UHGV virus genome: UHGV-1430915
Origin: a virus
Strand: one strand, 5' to 3'
DNA length: 64,000 bases
In this document: in pieces, positions 55,655 to 64,000 of the stretch
How positions within the stretch are numbered: position 1 is the stretch's first letter
Layout: the number at the start of each line of letters is the position of its first letter
Notes under the pieces: generated by a model
What the model saw: the letters and a program-made list of their open reading frames with translations, nothing else
Told to the model about the DNA's origin: nothing
Databases searched by the model: none
Made by a program: the position numbers and the translations under genes

Positions 55655-56005
55655 ATGAAAGTAGAGATCACAGGTTTTGATATGAATGCGGTTCCGGAAG
55701 ATATTTTAGCTAAACTCCCGGAAGGTTTTGGTAACGGTGTTGTGGTTGATGCTGTTCCTCCTACCAAAGACATCCTGCTGCAGTATGGTGTGGCAGAGGA
55801 AGATGTTGATAAAGTTCTTACAATGATGGCAATCGACCGTGTTGTCGTTGTTAAAGGTCTTGAAGGTTTTGATAACGATCCTCTGATTATTCGTGGTGAT
55901 GACTATCGTATCATCGACAACGAAGGTCAGGGGTTCTACGAACCTTCTGCTGAAGATGTTCTTAACTTACTACTGGAAGCAGGTACCGTAGAGGAGGCAG
56001 AATAA
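55655..56005 (+). CDS. hypothetical small acidic protein
   Basis: 116-aa ORF. Confidence 0.45.
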   Translation: MKVEITGFDMNAVPEDILAKLPEGFGNGVVVDAVPPTKDILLQYGVAEEDVDKVLTMMAIDRVVVVKGLEGFDNDPLIIRGDDYRIIDNEGQGFYEPSAEDVLNLLLEAGTVEEAE

Positions 56006-56334
56006 TGAAAATTGATCCGTTACTGAAGGCTCGTGCAGAAAAAGCATACACTATTAAGCTGACCTCTCTGGTTCCTACTTGTCATCCAGATGTAGGTTGG
56101 CCTGAAGGTCTGGTAGAGGGGACTGTAACAGCCGCATATCTCCCTAACATCAAATACCTCATGGAGATCTTGGAGATGGATGAGGAAACGGCAGAACAGT
56201 TCCAGTTAGACATGAAGCAAAGTGGGACTCTGGTTATTCACGGGTGGTATAATACTAAAGATGCAGAAGATCCCCTGGTAACTTCTAATCTGGCATATGA
56301 GATCTTAGGGCCTTTGAACTTGGGGGAAGACTAA
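56005..56334 (+). CDS. hypothetical protein
   Basis: 109-aa ORF. Confidence 0.45.
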   Translation: MKIDPLLKARAEKAYTIKLTSLVPTCHPDVGWPEGLVEGTVTAAYLPNIKYLMEILEMDEETAEQFQLDMKQSGTLVIHGWYNTKDAEDPLVTSNLAYEILGPLNLGED

Positions 56335-56621
56335 TGAAAGATTTGGTTAAGATCAAGATTAAAGACACCAATGGAGAACTCAGCCATTTTGGAATTAACG
56401 ATGGTGACGAGCTGATCGCCCACCTGCCTACCAAGGAAGTTGTAAGCAAAGCGGTTGCCGGAGAAGAAGATGCAATGCAGGCTGCAGGTGTGGATGAAAA
56501 CTATGTAGCAATGTGTATGTGCCGAGATCAGGTTGTTCTGTATAAAGCGTATCGACCAAATGGAGCACCTGAGTGGCTTGTTTTCCGACCCGAAGGATAT
56601 GAAATTTTAGAGACGCTATGA
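56334..56621 (+). CDS. hypothetical protein
   Basis: 95-aa ORF. Confidence 0.45.
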   Translation: MKDLVKIKIKDTNGELSHFGINDGDELIAHLPTKEVVSKAVAGEEDAMQAAGVDENYVAMCMCRDQVVLYKAYRPNGAPEWLVFRPEGYEILETL

Positions 56622-56710
56622 TAAATCTTGCCAAGGTTGCAACGGCACTGTTAATTATTTGCTGGATAGTGACCTTGGCACTATGTCTTGTATTTCATTA
56701 AGGGGGCTGT

Positions 56711-56974
56711 ATGAACATCTTGGTGTGGGTTGTAGCAGTAGCGTTTGTTGCGTGCCTCTCTTGTTGGGTTGCTGTGAGGATTTCTATAGCCACTCTTCGG
56801 AAATTAGGGTTCTCAGAGTGGGATATTAATATCCTTTCTTTTCGCAATGAGACAATCTCAGCCGCCCTGCTGTGTAAGAAGTTTAAGTGGGAACCTTGTG
56901 AGGTCATGAACTATCTAAGAACAGGAGATATTCCTGAGAGATTTAAAAAAGTTCTTGACGGCAAAGACAAATGA
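56711..56974 (+). CDS. hypothetical membrane-anchored protein
   Basis: N-terminal hydrophobic helix. Confidence 0.4.
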   Translation: MNILVWVVAVAFVACLSCWVAVRISIATLRKLGFSEWDINILSFRNETISAALLCKKFKWEPCEVMNYLRTGDIPERFKKVLDGKDK

Positions 56975-57129
56975 TAGTATAGTGACTAACAAGAGGTGAG
57001 GAATGACTGATTTTACTGAAGCTTTAATGATGGCCTTATCTGTTTTAGCGCTATCGGTGTGTTTTGGGGCGTTATTCACATCTCTGGTTAAAGTTTTACA
57101 TACCATATTCTCACCCAAGGAGCACAGTA

Positions 57130-57381
57130 ATGACGAAGATTGACTTAAATGCTGGCGACCATGTTGTTGTCAAATGCATCGGGGATTATCTTGGATTCAC
57201 AATCGGCAATACTTACGAGGCAGTGGTGGCGAAGGTTTATCATGATAAAGTCCTTAGCCTTGTATTTGACTGTGATGATGACGGAGATGACCGCTACGTC
57301 TGTGAGGTGCTGGCACGTGACGATAGTGAAGACCAGAAATTCCTGGTTATCGAACTGAACGGTATTTTTGTAGAACGTTAA
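57130..57381 (+). CDS. hypothetical small acidic protein
   Basis: Start at MTKIDLN. Confidence 0.4.
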   Translation: MTKIDLNAGDHVVVKCIGDYLGFTIGNTYEAVVAKVYHDKVLSLVFDCDDDGDDRYVCEVLARDDSEDQKFLVIELNGIFVER

Positions 57382-57409
57382 TTTAAAACAATATAAGGAG
57401 ACTCTTACT

Positions 57410-57715
57410 ATGGCTAAATCTAAAGTTGAACTGTTCACCTCTCTGCCTTCTGACACTGCAGAGCGTGATCGCCTCCGTAAAACAATTGAAGAGCTGGTGG
57501 AACTTCAGCTTCAGATTAAAGATCTGAAAGACGCTATCAAGGATATTATTCTTGTAGAGAAACAGGATCACCTATATTCTCCTAAGTTTATCAAGTCATT
57601 GGTGGCTACCGAATTCGATATCCGCTATGAAGCTGAAAAACGTCGAGCTAAAATCGAAGAAGAGGTTGAGCACATGTCTGAAGCAGACATTCTGTTCAAA
57701 CGCTCTGCAGAATAA
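57410..57715 (+). CDS. hypothetical coiled-coil protein
   Basis: 101-aa ORF followed by terminator. Confidence 0.45.
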   Translation: MAKSKVELFTSLPSDTAERDRLRKTIEELVELQLQIKDLKDAIKDIILVEKQDHLYSPKFIKSLVATEFDIRYEAEKRRAKIEEEVEHMSEADILFKRSAE

Positions 57716-57720
57716 CAACG

Positions 57721-57746
57721 AAGAGGGGTCTTGGCCCCTCTTTTTT
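57721..57746 (+). terminator. intrinsic terminator
   Basis: AAGAGGGG-tcttgg-CCCCTCTT stem followed by TTTTAC. Confidence 0.55.
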
Positions 57747-57769
57747 ACTATCTATGAAGGAGATTAGAG

Positions 57770-58096
57770 ATGCTAATGCCGATTACTGTAAAAGAACTAA
57801 ATGAACGTGATGCAGGAGGCCTGTGGCCTGCACGGAAAATACGCTGCGTTTATATGAAAGAGAATCTTGAACACCTTGATCAACAGATTGCGGTTGGCGA
57901 TATTTTCGAAGTTCTCTATTCTAATCGTCGCAACTGGGAAACCATTCAACCTTCCGGTTTTGTTCTTGCCAGACTTGATACCGGAGAAGTGATTATCCCT
58001 GGGCTGGATATTGTCTTCGAAATTATCCAGGAGTGGGATCCTGATAAGATTAAATATGAAGAGTTATTCGGTGAAGGTATTATCAAGCCTGTATGA
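57770..58096 (+). CDS. hypothetical protein
   Basis: GGAG RBS, 108 aa. Confidence 0.45.
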   Translation: MLMPITVKELNERDAGGLWPARKIRCVYMKENLEHLDQQIAVGDIFEVLYSNRRNWETIQPSGFVLARLDTGEVIIPGLDIVFEIIQEWDPDKIKYEELFGEGIIKPV

Positions 58097-58404
58097 GGTG
58101 GATTATGTCTACAACGACAGCTAAATACTCCTATATGCCAGCAACCTCGGCAGAAATAGACTTCAGTTTTGATGTGTTTCCATTGTTTGAGGTGGTTCTG
58201 GCATACCCAACAATACTATCTACTCCTGAATCCCTTGTACCTGTTAAGTTGCAGAACGCTATGCATTCCATGCATTACAACAATAAATGTAGGCACAGAT
58301 GGTGTCAAGACGAGGAAAAAGATCTGGAGAGTTTGAAAGATTTTGACAGTCACCTTTTGACACCTTTTAGTTACTCAAACCTAGACAAGCCTTCATGGGT
58401 ATAG
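58093..58404 (+). CDS. hypothetical protein
   Basis: 103-aa ORF. Confidence 0.4.
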   Translation: MRWIMSTTTAKYSYMPATSAEIDFSFDVFPLFEVVLAYPTILSTPESLVPVKLQNAMHSMHYNNKCRHRWCQDEEKDLESLKDFDSHLLTPFSYSNLDKPSWV

Positions 58405-58429
58405 CAAAATATCAAATTTAAGGCACATA

Positions 58430-58455
58430 GGACGCTATGTGGCGTCCTTTTCTTT
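58430..58455 (+). terminator. intrinsic terminator
   Basis: GGACGC-tatgtg-GCGTCC stem followed by TTTTCTTT. Confidence 0.55.
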
Positions 58456-58563
58456 ATCTGGTGCACGATTCCATACCTTAAGCAGTTAATCTCATTACAG
58501 AGCGTTTAAAGGCGGCTTACAAGCAACTCTCTATTTCGAGCGTAGCGAGAACGCACGTCCGTT

Positions 58564-58977
58564 TTGACCCAAATCACCATACGCTCGGATTTTAACCAAA
58601 CCCTCGCGGCGTTTCTGTTGACACATTACCGCTCCAGTGATAATATCCACACATCATTTGGAGAATATGGGATACACAATGAAAACATTGTCAGAGGTTT
58701 TGGTGGTGATCCTGATGATCATTACGTCCATAGTGGCTGTTGCCGGAATACTCACGGGTGGAACATGATAAACACACATGCATCTGAAGAGACATCCAAA
58801 GGAGTGACTATATGTCCCTTGGCTGAGCCAGTGAAAGAGGAAAACTTAGATTCTGAAGATTCTCCATCTTCGCTCCAGGTAGATCCTGAGGCTGATGACC
58901 TAACGTGGGAAGACATCGTAGACATCTGGTTCTCCATTATGCCTGAGCACGAAGAGTTCAGAGGTGGCAGACTATGA
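58564..58977 (+). CDS. hypothetical protein
   Basis: 137-aa ORF. Confidence 0.35.
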   Translation: MTQITIRSDFNQTLAAFLLTHYRSSDNIHTSFGEYGIHNENIVRGFGGDPDDHYVHSGCCRNTHGWNMINTHASEETSKGVTICPLAEPVKEENLDSEDSPSSLQVDPEADDLTWEDIVDIWFSIMPEHEEFRGGRL

Positions 58978-59098
58978 AGCACCGAGCCCACACAGGTTCC
59001 TCATGCTAAAGCATGGCCTGAAGAGGCAAACGTGCATAATTCCTGTGCATTGGAACGTATAAAACCCTGTTCACACTCTCATTTCTAGAGGAGATTTC

Positions 59099-59314
59099 AT
59101 GAAGATAGAAATATTTGGTGGAGCTGACAACACTTGTGGCCTGATTTACCTCGAATTCGATGAATCGTACCTGCCAGAAGTGTTAAACATGGATTCTGTT
59201 GCTGAGGCTTTGGGAGTAAGTCCTAAAGATCTCTACTCTGGTGCTGAGATTGATGGTTGGGAGGAGACCATGAACATCGATTTCAGTGAAGTAGGTGATG
59301 AACCGCTGGACTGA
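59099..59314 (+). CDS. hypothetical small acidic protein
   Basis: 71-aa ORF with GGAGA RBS. Confidence 0.45.
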   Translation: MKIEIFGGADNTCGLIYLEFDESYLPEVLNMDSVAEALGVSPKDLYSGAEIDGWEETMNIDFSEVGDEPLD

Positions 59315-59439
59315 CACACAATTAGTTGCCCGGCTAAAGTGCTGGAAGCACCCATAACATCTTCCAACTAAATTTCCTACCAACACAGTTACTTACCCAC
59401 CACACATGACTGTTTGCTTGTTTAGTGAGCAGTCATCCC

Positions 59440-59467
59440 TTGACATTCTTGCCTATCTTGATAAAAT
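59440..59467 (+). promoter_or_regulatory. sigma70-like promoter TTGACA-N16-TAAAAT reading into ORF-free region
   Basis: Consensus -35; no ORF of 60 aa or more on either strand between 59314 and 60089. Confidence 0.4.
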
Positions 59468-59469
59468 TA

Positions 59470-61810
59470 AGTTCTTCTCTTTTCTTTTACCGAGTAATTC
59501 GGGTTTTCTGTTCTCTTCGGTTTGAAGGGGTATGGAGATACACCTGAGTGAACAGGGTGAACAACCGAACCTTTAGCTATGGCATTAGCATGGCGAAGCG
59601 GACGGGTGACGAAAGAGGGGCCGGAGGACACCAGTCACTGCCATATAGTATATGGGTGATAACCTGAAGAGTCTGAATAAGTGTTTAAGTACCAGTCAGA
59701 GGAAAAGGTGAATGGTAGCCGAAGGGGGAGGGGGGTTTCTTATATCTTTAATTTGTATACTTTATATACACTTGTAAACCAATTCAATTAGGATCTGTTT
59801 ACCACACAAAGTGGATGGAGACAAATATCACCTATTAAACTTGAATTATTTATAGAAAATACCACAACACTACTTAAGTCTTTGATTTTACACACAAATC
59901 CTACAGATATTCACCCTCCATATTTAACATACTTGTAACATATCCCATACTCTACCTGTCTGATCAATTTACCCAACTACATCCCCATATTTTTCCTGTC
60001 TGTACTACCCCTGCCCCGCCGGGAGTCTCGTCATATCTGGCTTCCCAGCAAATATCACACCCACAAATATCATTGCCTGAAGAGGGTTTCATCCCATAAT
60101 ACATGCCTTACCTGAAGAGGGTTTCATACACCACGTAAATTTTTTAATTGACCTCCCCTGCCCCGCCGGAGAGGTTGGCTTTTCCCACACAGACCTGAAG
60201 AGTCGGCCAGAAATATCTGAATAGGTCCAGTTCTGCCCTGTCATGAGCGGTAGCGACTGGAGTGCTGCCAGGCGGACGGAATGGGAATACTTCTCATTTT
60301 TATAATAATTCTCAAATATCGAGGCAGTGAGGCAAATTAATAGGTCAGGCCGTTCACACAGTGGCACAACATTTGCAATCTATCTTGTGGGAGTGAATGA
60401 GAATACCTATCATTGTGAGAATGGTTATCATTACGGGCAATTTAACATAATACCCATTATGCGCACCACTGGCGATACATACAGGGATTGATAACATGGG
60501 TTACTGTTTACGCACATAACAATTATATTTCTTACTATTTGTGCGGGATATAGTTAGCAACCAATAGATTAGATATTGACCTGCGGACTTCTGACCGTCC
60601 AGACGTCTAAACGCCCACACAATAAGGGTTATACATACATTCCTGAATGTAAACAGGGCCGCAAAAATGCTACCATACCAGTTTGTAAATTTTTCATGCA
60701 GCACTTGACAAAGAGGAGAAAAACTTGTCTGACACTTTTGCCACTTTTGACACAATATGACACAATAACGGCTGTTACTATTCCATATCTCACTGTTTAC
60801 GCATAGACTGTTTACGCCTGAATAGTTTACGCCCAAACTGTTTACACAGAGATGATAAGCCATGCCATTCGTTTGCATGAAAACAATTAACAAGATAACA
60901 ATTAACAAGTTAATAATCTTTCGCTGGCTATGCCAGGTGACTAGGTCACCCCTTCGGGCGTTTATATGACATAATATAAAAGCAGGGCAACTATTAGAAG
61001 ATCTATAGTTGCCTTACTTGTTATGTCATGATTAACTAAATACAAGGCAACTATGATCTGAGTAATAGATTGCAGAAAAACTATCACGGGGGTGATGGTT
61101 ACTGCTTTTATATTATGTCGCGACTCCGTCGCGCCATGCCATTCGTTTGCATAGTTGCCTTATTGTTACAGGTAAAATAATTACATTATTAATTATTTCT
61201 TATCTTTCTCTTAGTCATCTAATGATTCCAGTCAGTATAGTAATGTACAGTAAACATTAGACGACTAAAGATTTCTCTGTTTATGATAACTCATCGTGAT
61301 AATTTCGGGCTGTTTACGAAAAATGTTGACACCTGAGCTGATTTATGTTATGCAGTTTACACGAATAATTATTTTATGCAGGTATTAACTATTCCGTTAT
61401 TCTGTGGTTGGAATAAATACTTTGCAGGCTATAGAATGGCGTGCGTACGTGAATTCTGAGATCTGGCGGCTATAGTTATACTCGATTTTTCGCGTAGAAC
61501 ACGCTTTAGATGCTGTGTAAGTGTATGACTTATAAAGATTTTTAGTTGTTGACAAGATATTGGAGATGTGCATCAGGTTAAAATTTGTGCAATAGCGGCA
61601 TTACGTGCACTTTTGGGAGAGAAAACGGGTAAAAATGGACTTGCTACCACACAATGAAAAATTATGCAATAGTTATTTTCCATGTATATTTGTACAGTAT
61701 GTGGGATTGATGGCTAGTCAATTATTCCACTTGCCAGGTAGGGCCGTTTATGGTAGGAGAAGAGCAGACAAAAAGAAAGGGGCCTAAGCCCCTTGATAAT
61801 TCAGTTAAAA
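59470..61810. repeat. repeat-rich region without convincing ORFs (candidate origin / packaging / regulatory / sRNA locus)
   Basis: Multiple direct and inverted repeat families (see findings); sits between convergent gene blocks. Confidence 0.5.
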
Positions 61811-61812
61811 AA

Positions 61813-62232
61813 TTATAATGATTCGTATATTTCAAAAATCCGATTTGCCAGGTCGTTACGGTAGCTGAATTTTTCCTCACGTTTGATCATAAGATCTTTA
61901 TAGCCGTACTCTTTAAGCACTTCATTAACTTTATGGCGGCATACTTTCATATTATCCTGCGCGTCACCAATAAATCTGTTGCTATGGTGCATGGCTTTAA
62001 TTTCTTCTTCCAGGACCAGGGCAACTATGCGGACCGGATCAAGCTGATAGGCGGTAACATCCATGCGGCATTGTAAACGGCTTTTTACGTCTGCCACCGG
62101 ATATACTGCAACCTCTTCCCCGTCAACATTGACAATAATTAGTTTACCATCGATTTCGAATCCTTTCGCCGCCGGACCGTGACAAAAAGCGTTATCAAAG
62201 CTATATGCCGGATTATTAGATTTAATGTTCAT
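61813..62232 (-). CDS. hypothetical protein
   Basis: 139-aa ORF, last gene of leftward operon. Confidence 0.45.
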   Translation of the reverse strand: MNIKSNNPAYSFDNAFCHGPAAKGFEIDGKLIIVNVDGEEVAVYPVADVKSRLQCRMDVTAYQLDPVRIVALVLEEEIKAMHHSNRFIGDAQDNMKVCRHKVNEVLKEYGYKDLMIKREEKFSYRNDLANRIFEIYESL

Positions 62233-62376
62233 GGTGTTTTTACCTCTTAGTTAATTTTCTTACAACTTCCCTTCAAAAAAGAATATAGCAAAACTGCCGA
62301 TCCCTGTCAACCAGGGATAGCATAATTTTTATGTGATCAAGGGGCTTTATTGCCCCTGACCATGTAACTTGTTGTA

Positions 62377-62640
62377 TTATTTGTTGCTCATCCAGTTTTC
62401 CCAAGCTGCCTGATAATCTGCCTCACTACGGCGGATCTCTTCTTGCTCTTCAAGGCGGATCTCTTCTTCCAGGTACCCCAAGATGTCAGCCTTTTTAGTC
62501 TGGCGTAGCATCCAGTCATCTTTTTTGCGAGTGAAGATCTTATAAGCTTTCTCGCAAACCTCTTTTTTGCTACCTTTCTGGACTTCAAGAACACGATAAG
62601 CCATATATTGAACTAATTTGAGCTGATCAAGACGTTTCAT
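62377..62640 (-). CDS. hypothetical protein
   Basis: 87-aa charged ORF. Confidence 0.4.
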   Translation of the reverse strand: MKRLDQLKLVQYMAYRVLEVQKGSKKEVCEKAYKIFTRKKDDWMLRQTKKADILGYLEEEIRLEEQEEIRRSEADYQAAWENWMSNK

Positions 62641-62700
62641 GATGTTTACCTCTTTGTGCGGTTCTGATTAGTGGGCCTTTTGGCCCGTGTCATTATCTTA

Positions 62701-62973
62701 TTACTTATGGCGGCAGAATTCAAGCGTTTTTAATTGATAATCTTCCTCAGCTTGGAGTACGACCGCCTCGATCATTTCGTTGGCATTGTTAAAGCCATAA
62801 CCTTTAGCGAACTCATCCGCGCCACCTTCGTGATCATGTTCTGCGTTCATCGCTTCCACAAAATGGAATTCCAAATTGTTGAGGTAGGGGCTTGATGTTC
62901 CGTCCTCTTTTTCGATGAGATCCCAAATAGCATTAAAACGTGATTCGACTTCTTGATTAATCCAGCTTGACAT
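62701..62973 (-). CDS. hypothetical acidic protein
   Basis: 90-aa ORF. Confidence 0.4.
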   Translation of the reverse strand: MSSWINQEVESRFNAIWDLIEKEDGTSSPYLNNLEFHFVEAMNAEHDHEGGADEFAKGYGFNNANEMIEAVVLQAEEDYQLKTLEFCRHK

Positions 62974-63190
62974 AGTGTTTTCCTCTCTCCTGGTTGTTGT
63001 GTGGGCACTTTTGCCCCTTCAAGATAAATGTTACCTCACCCCATGGCAGATGTCAACGGTTTTTATAGTTCTTATATGACAGGCAGGCCCGGTGATTGTC
63101 TCCCCCTGTTCCCAAGTGCCGCCCGTTTAATAAGAATAGCAAAAGGGGCCGAACAAGTCAACCCCAAAATCAGTACCAAAACACTTTTAT

Positions 63191-63502
63191 TTATACGGTC
63201 CGATCATTGGCCTTTGTCCAGGACCTGGCGATCCGTTTCCCGGTCACCTGGAACGGAGGCTGCATTGTGTGTAATGAGTCCAGAGTAAGGGAGGACCGTT
63301 TACGGCGTATCTTCAGGATCGCTAACGTATTGTCCATCTCACGGCCAGGTCCTGGGCGGTATGGTGTGCCTCCAGCGTTAAGGTTGATGATCTCATGTAT
63401 TGAGATCCGGCGTTGTTTTGCTTCCGCATCTTTGAAGATAGCCAGCGGAGGCGCTATGCGTTGCCGATACCAATCTAAAACGGTTGGCGTAATAGCGATC
63501 AT
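63191..63502 (-). CDS. hypothetical protein
   Basis: 103-aa ORF, ATGA-coupled to upstream gene. Confidence 0.4.
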   Translation of the reverse strand: MIAITPTVLDWYRQRIAPPLAIFKDAEAKQRRISIHEIINLNAGGTPYRPGPGREMDNTLAILKIRRKRSSLTLDSLHTMQPPFQVTGKRIARSWTKANDRTV

Positions 63503-63690
63503 ATTTTACCCCCTATGTAGTCCGGTCGGTTTTTCTCTGTCATACGCTTAAGCAATTCTTGCATGTTGCTTATGGCTTGTAGTGTATCCTCTTCAAGGGA
63601 TGAATCAAGATAATCAGGATCATTCTTCACCTTGCAATGATTATGATAACGCAGCACCGCCAGTACTTTTTTAACTTCTTCCGCTGTCAT
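63499..63690 (-). CDS. hypothetical protein
   Basis: 63-aa ORF. Confidence 0.4.
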   Translation of the reverse strand: MTAEEVKKVLAVLRYHNHCKVKNDPDYLDSSLEEDTLQAISNMQELLKRMTEKNRPDYIGGKI

Positions 63691-63835
63691 TATCGCGCCT
63701 AAAACAATGAGTTAATATATAACACCAGATCGCTGACTACCAGGACAACATTAATCAGCACATACCTAACCATAAAGGGAAAGATCGCCAACATTGCCTC
63801 CACGATCCCCATGGTAATAATTATCTTTCTCATGG

Positions 63836-64000
63836 TTAACGGTTCACGTAAGTTTTCCCGTTTACGGTTATCGGCAGATCCTCCAGGTCTGGATCTTCTT
63901 TAAGGTCGTGAGCAAGTTCACCGCACCGAACGCCCTCGAATCCGTAGTACTCTGTCGTGCCATCCTGGAAAGTTTTAGCGGCAAGGCATAGGCGATAAGT
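63836..64000 (-). CDS. hypothetical protein, partial (start beyond window end)
   Basis: Open minus-strand frame ending in TAA at 63836-63838 and running to window edge. Confidence 0.3.
   Translation of the reverse strand, partial: TYRLCLAAKTFQDGTTEYYGFEGVRCGELAHDLKEDPDLEDLPITVNGKTYVNR

Noticed and set aside
60501-60908. 135-aa minus-strand ORF and overlapping 76-aa plus-strand ORF
   Set aside because: Translation is dominated by the tandem DNA repeats (NSLGVNYSGVNSLCVNS), indicating the open frame is a by-product of repeats rather than a gene.
1-64000. T5-like siphovirus identity (suggested by tRNA cluster, nrd genes, dNMP kinase, nucleotidase)
   Set aside because: The tail module has sheath and tube genes before the chaperone and tape measure, which indicates a contractile-tail phage; no integrase, transposase or repressor-integrase pair was seen, so a prophage or mobile element was also rejected.

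Overview
The window looks like part of a virulent, tRNA-bearing myovirus genome (contractile tail: sheath and tube genes present), with sigma70-type promoters suggesting an enterobacterial host; a Felix O1-like identity is only a guess from gene content. Everything below is read by eye from the sequence and ORF track; no searches or folding programs were run. Layout: (1) 1-17.1 kb, minus strand, late structural module running terminase, portal, scaffold, lambda-E-like capsid, neck proteins, sheath, tube, chaperone with a -1 frameshift, tape measure and baseplate genes, with a spanin pair ahead of the terminase. (2) 17.5-18.35 kb, minus strand, a tRNA cluster (Pro, Met, Thr, Ser, Tyr, Arg) plus one aberrant tRNA-like element and one structured non-tRNA element. 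(3) 18.4-21.2 kb, small minus-strand genes interleaved with two diverged copies of a GC-rich noncoding element, an operator palindrome and a four-unit palindromic iteron array beside an AT-rich block. (4) 21.3-25.1 kb, an RNA-repair module (metallophosphatase, Pnk-like kinase, Rnl1-family RNA ligase), immediately followed by a Sir2-family sirtuin and a possible MazG-like gene. (5) 25.7-47.7 kb, plus strand, nucleotide and DNA metabolism: DNA ligase, lambda-R-like endolysin, FEN exonuclease, two resolvases, DEDD exonuclease, two NPPF/NPPY methyltransferases, dNMP kinase, nucleotidase, ThyX, NrdA/NrdB/glutaredoxin/NrdD/NrdG, PhoH and a ClpP-like protease. (6) 47.7-59.3 kb, a dense array of small plus-strand ORFs with paralogous families, a duplicated three-gene cassette and a ribosome hibernation factor (HPF/RaiA) homolog. 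(7) 59.4-61.8 kb, a repeat-rich region with no convincing ORF. (8) 61.8-64 kb, a leftward operon of small genes. The candidates I would follow up first are the RNA-repair plus Sir2 cluster, the HPF homolog, the iteron/operator system and the repeat-rich noncoding regions.
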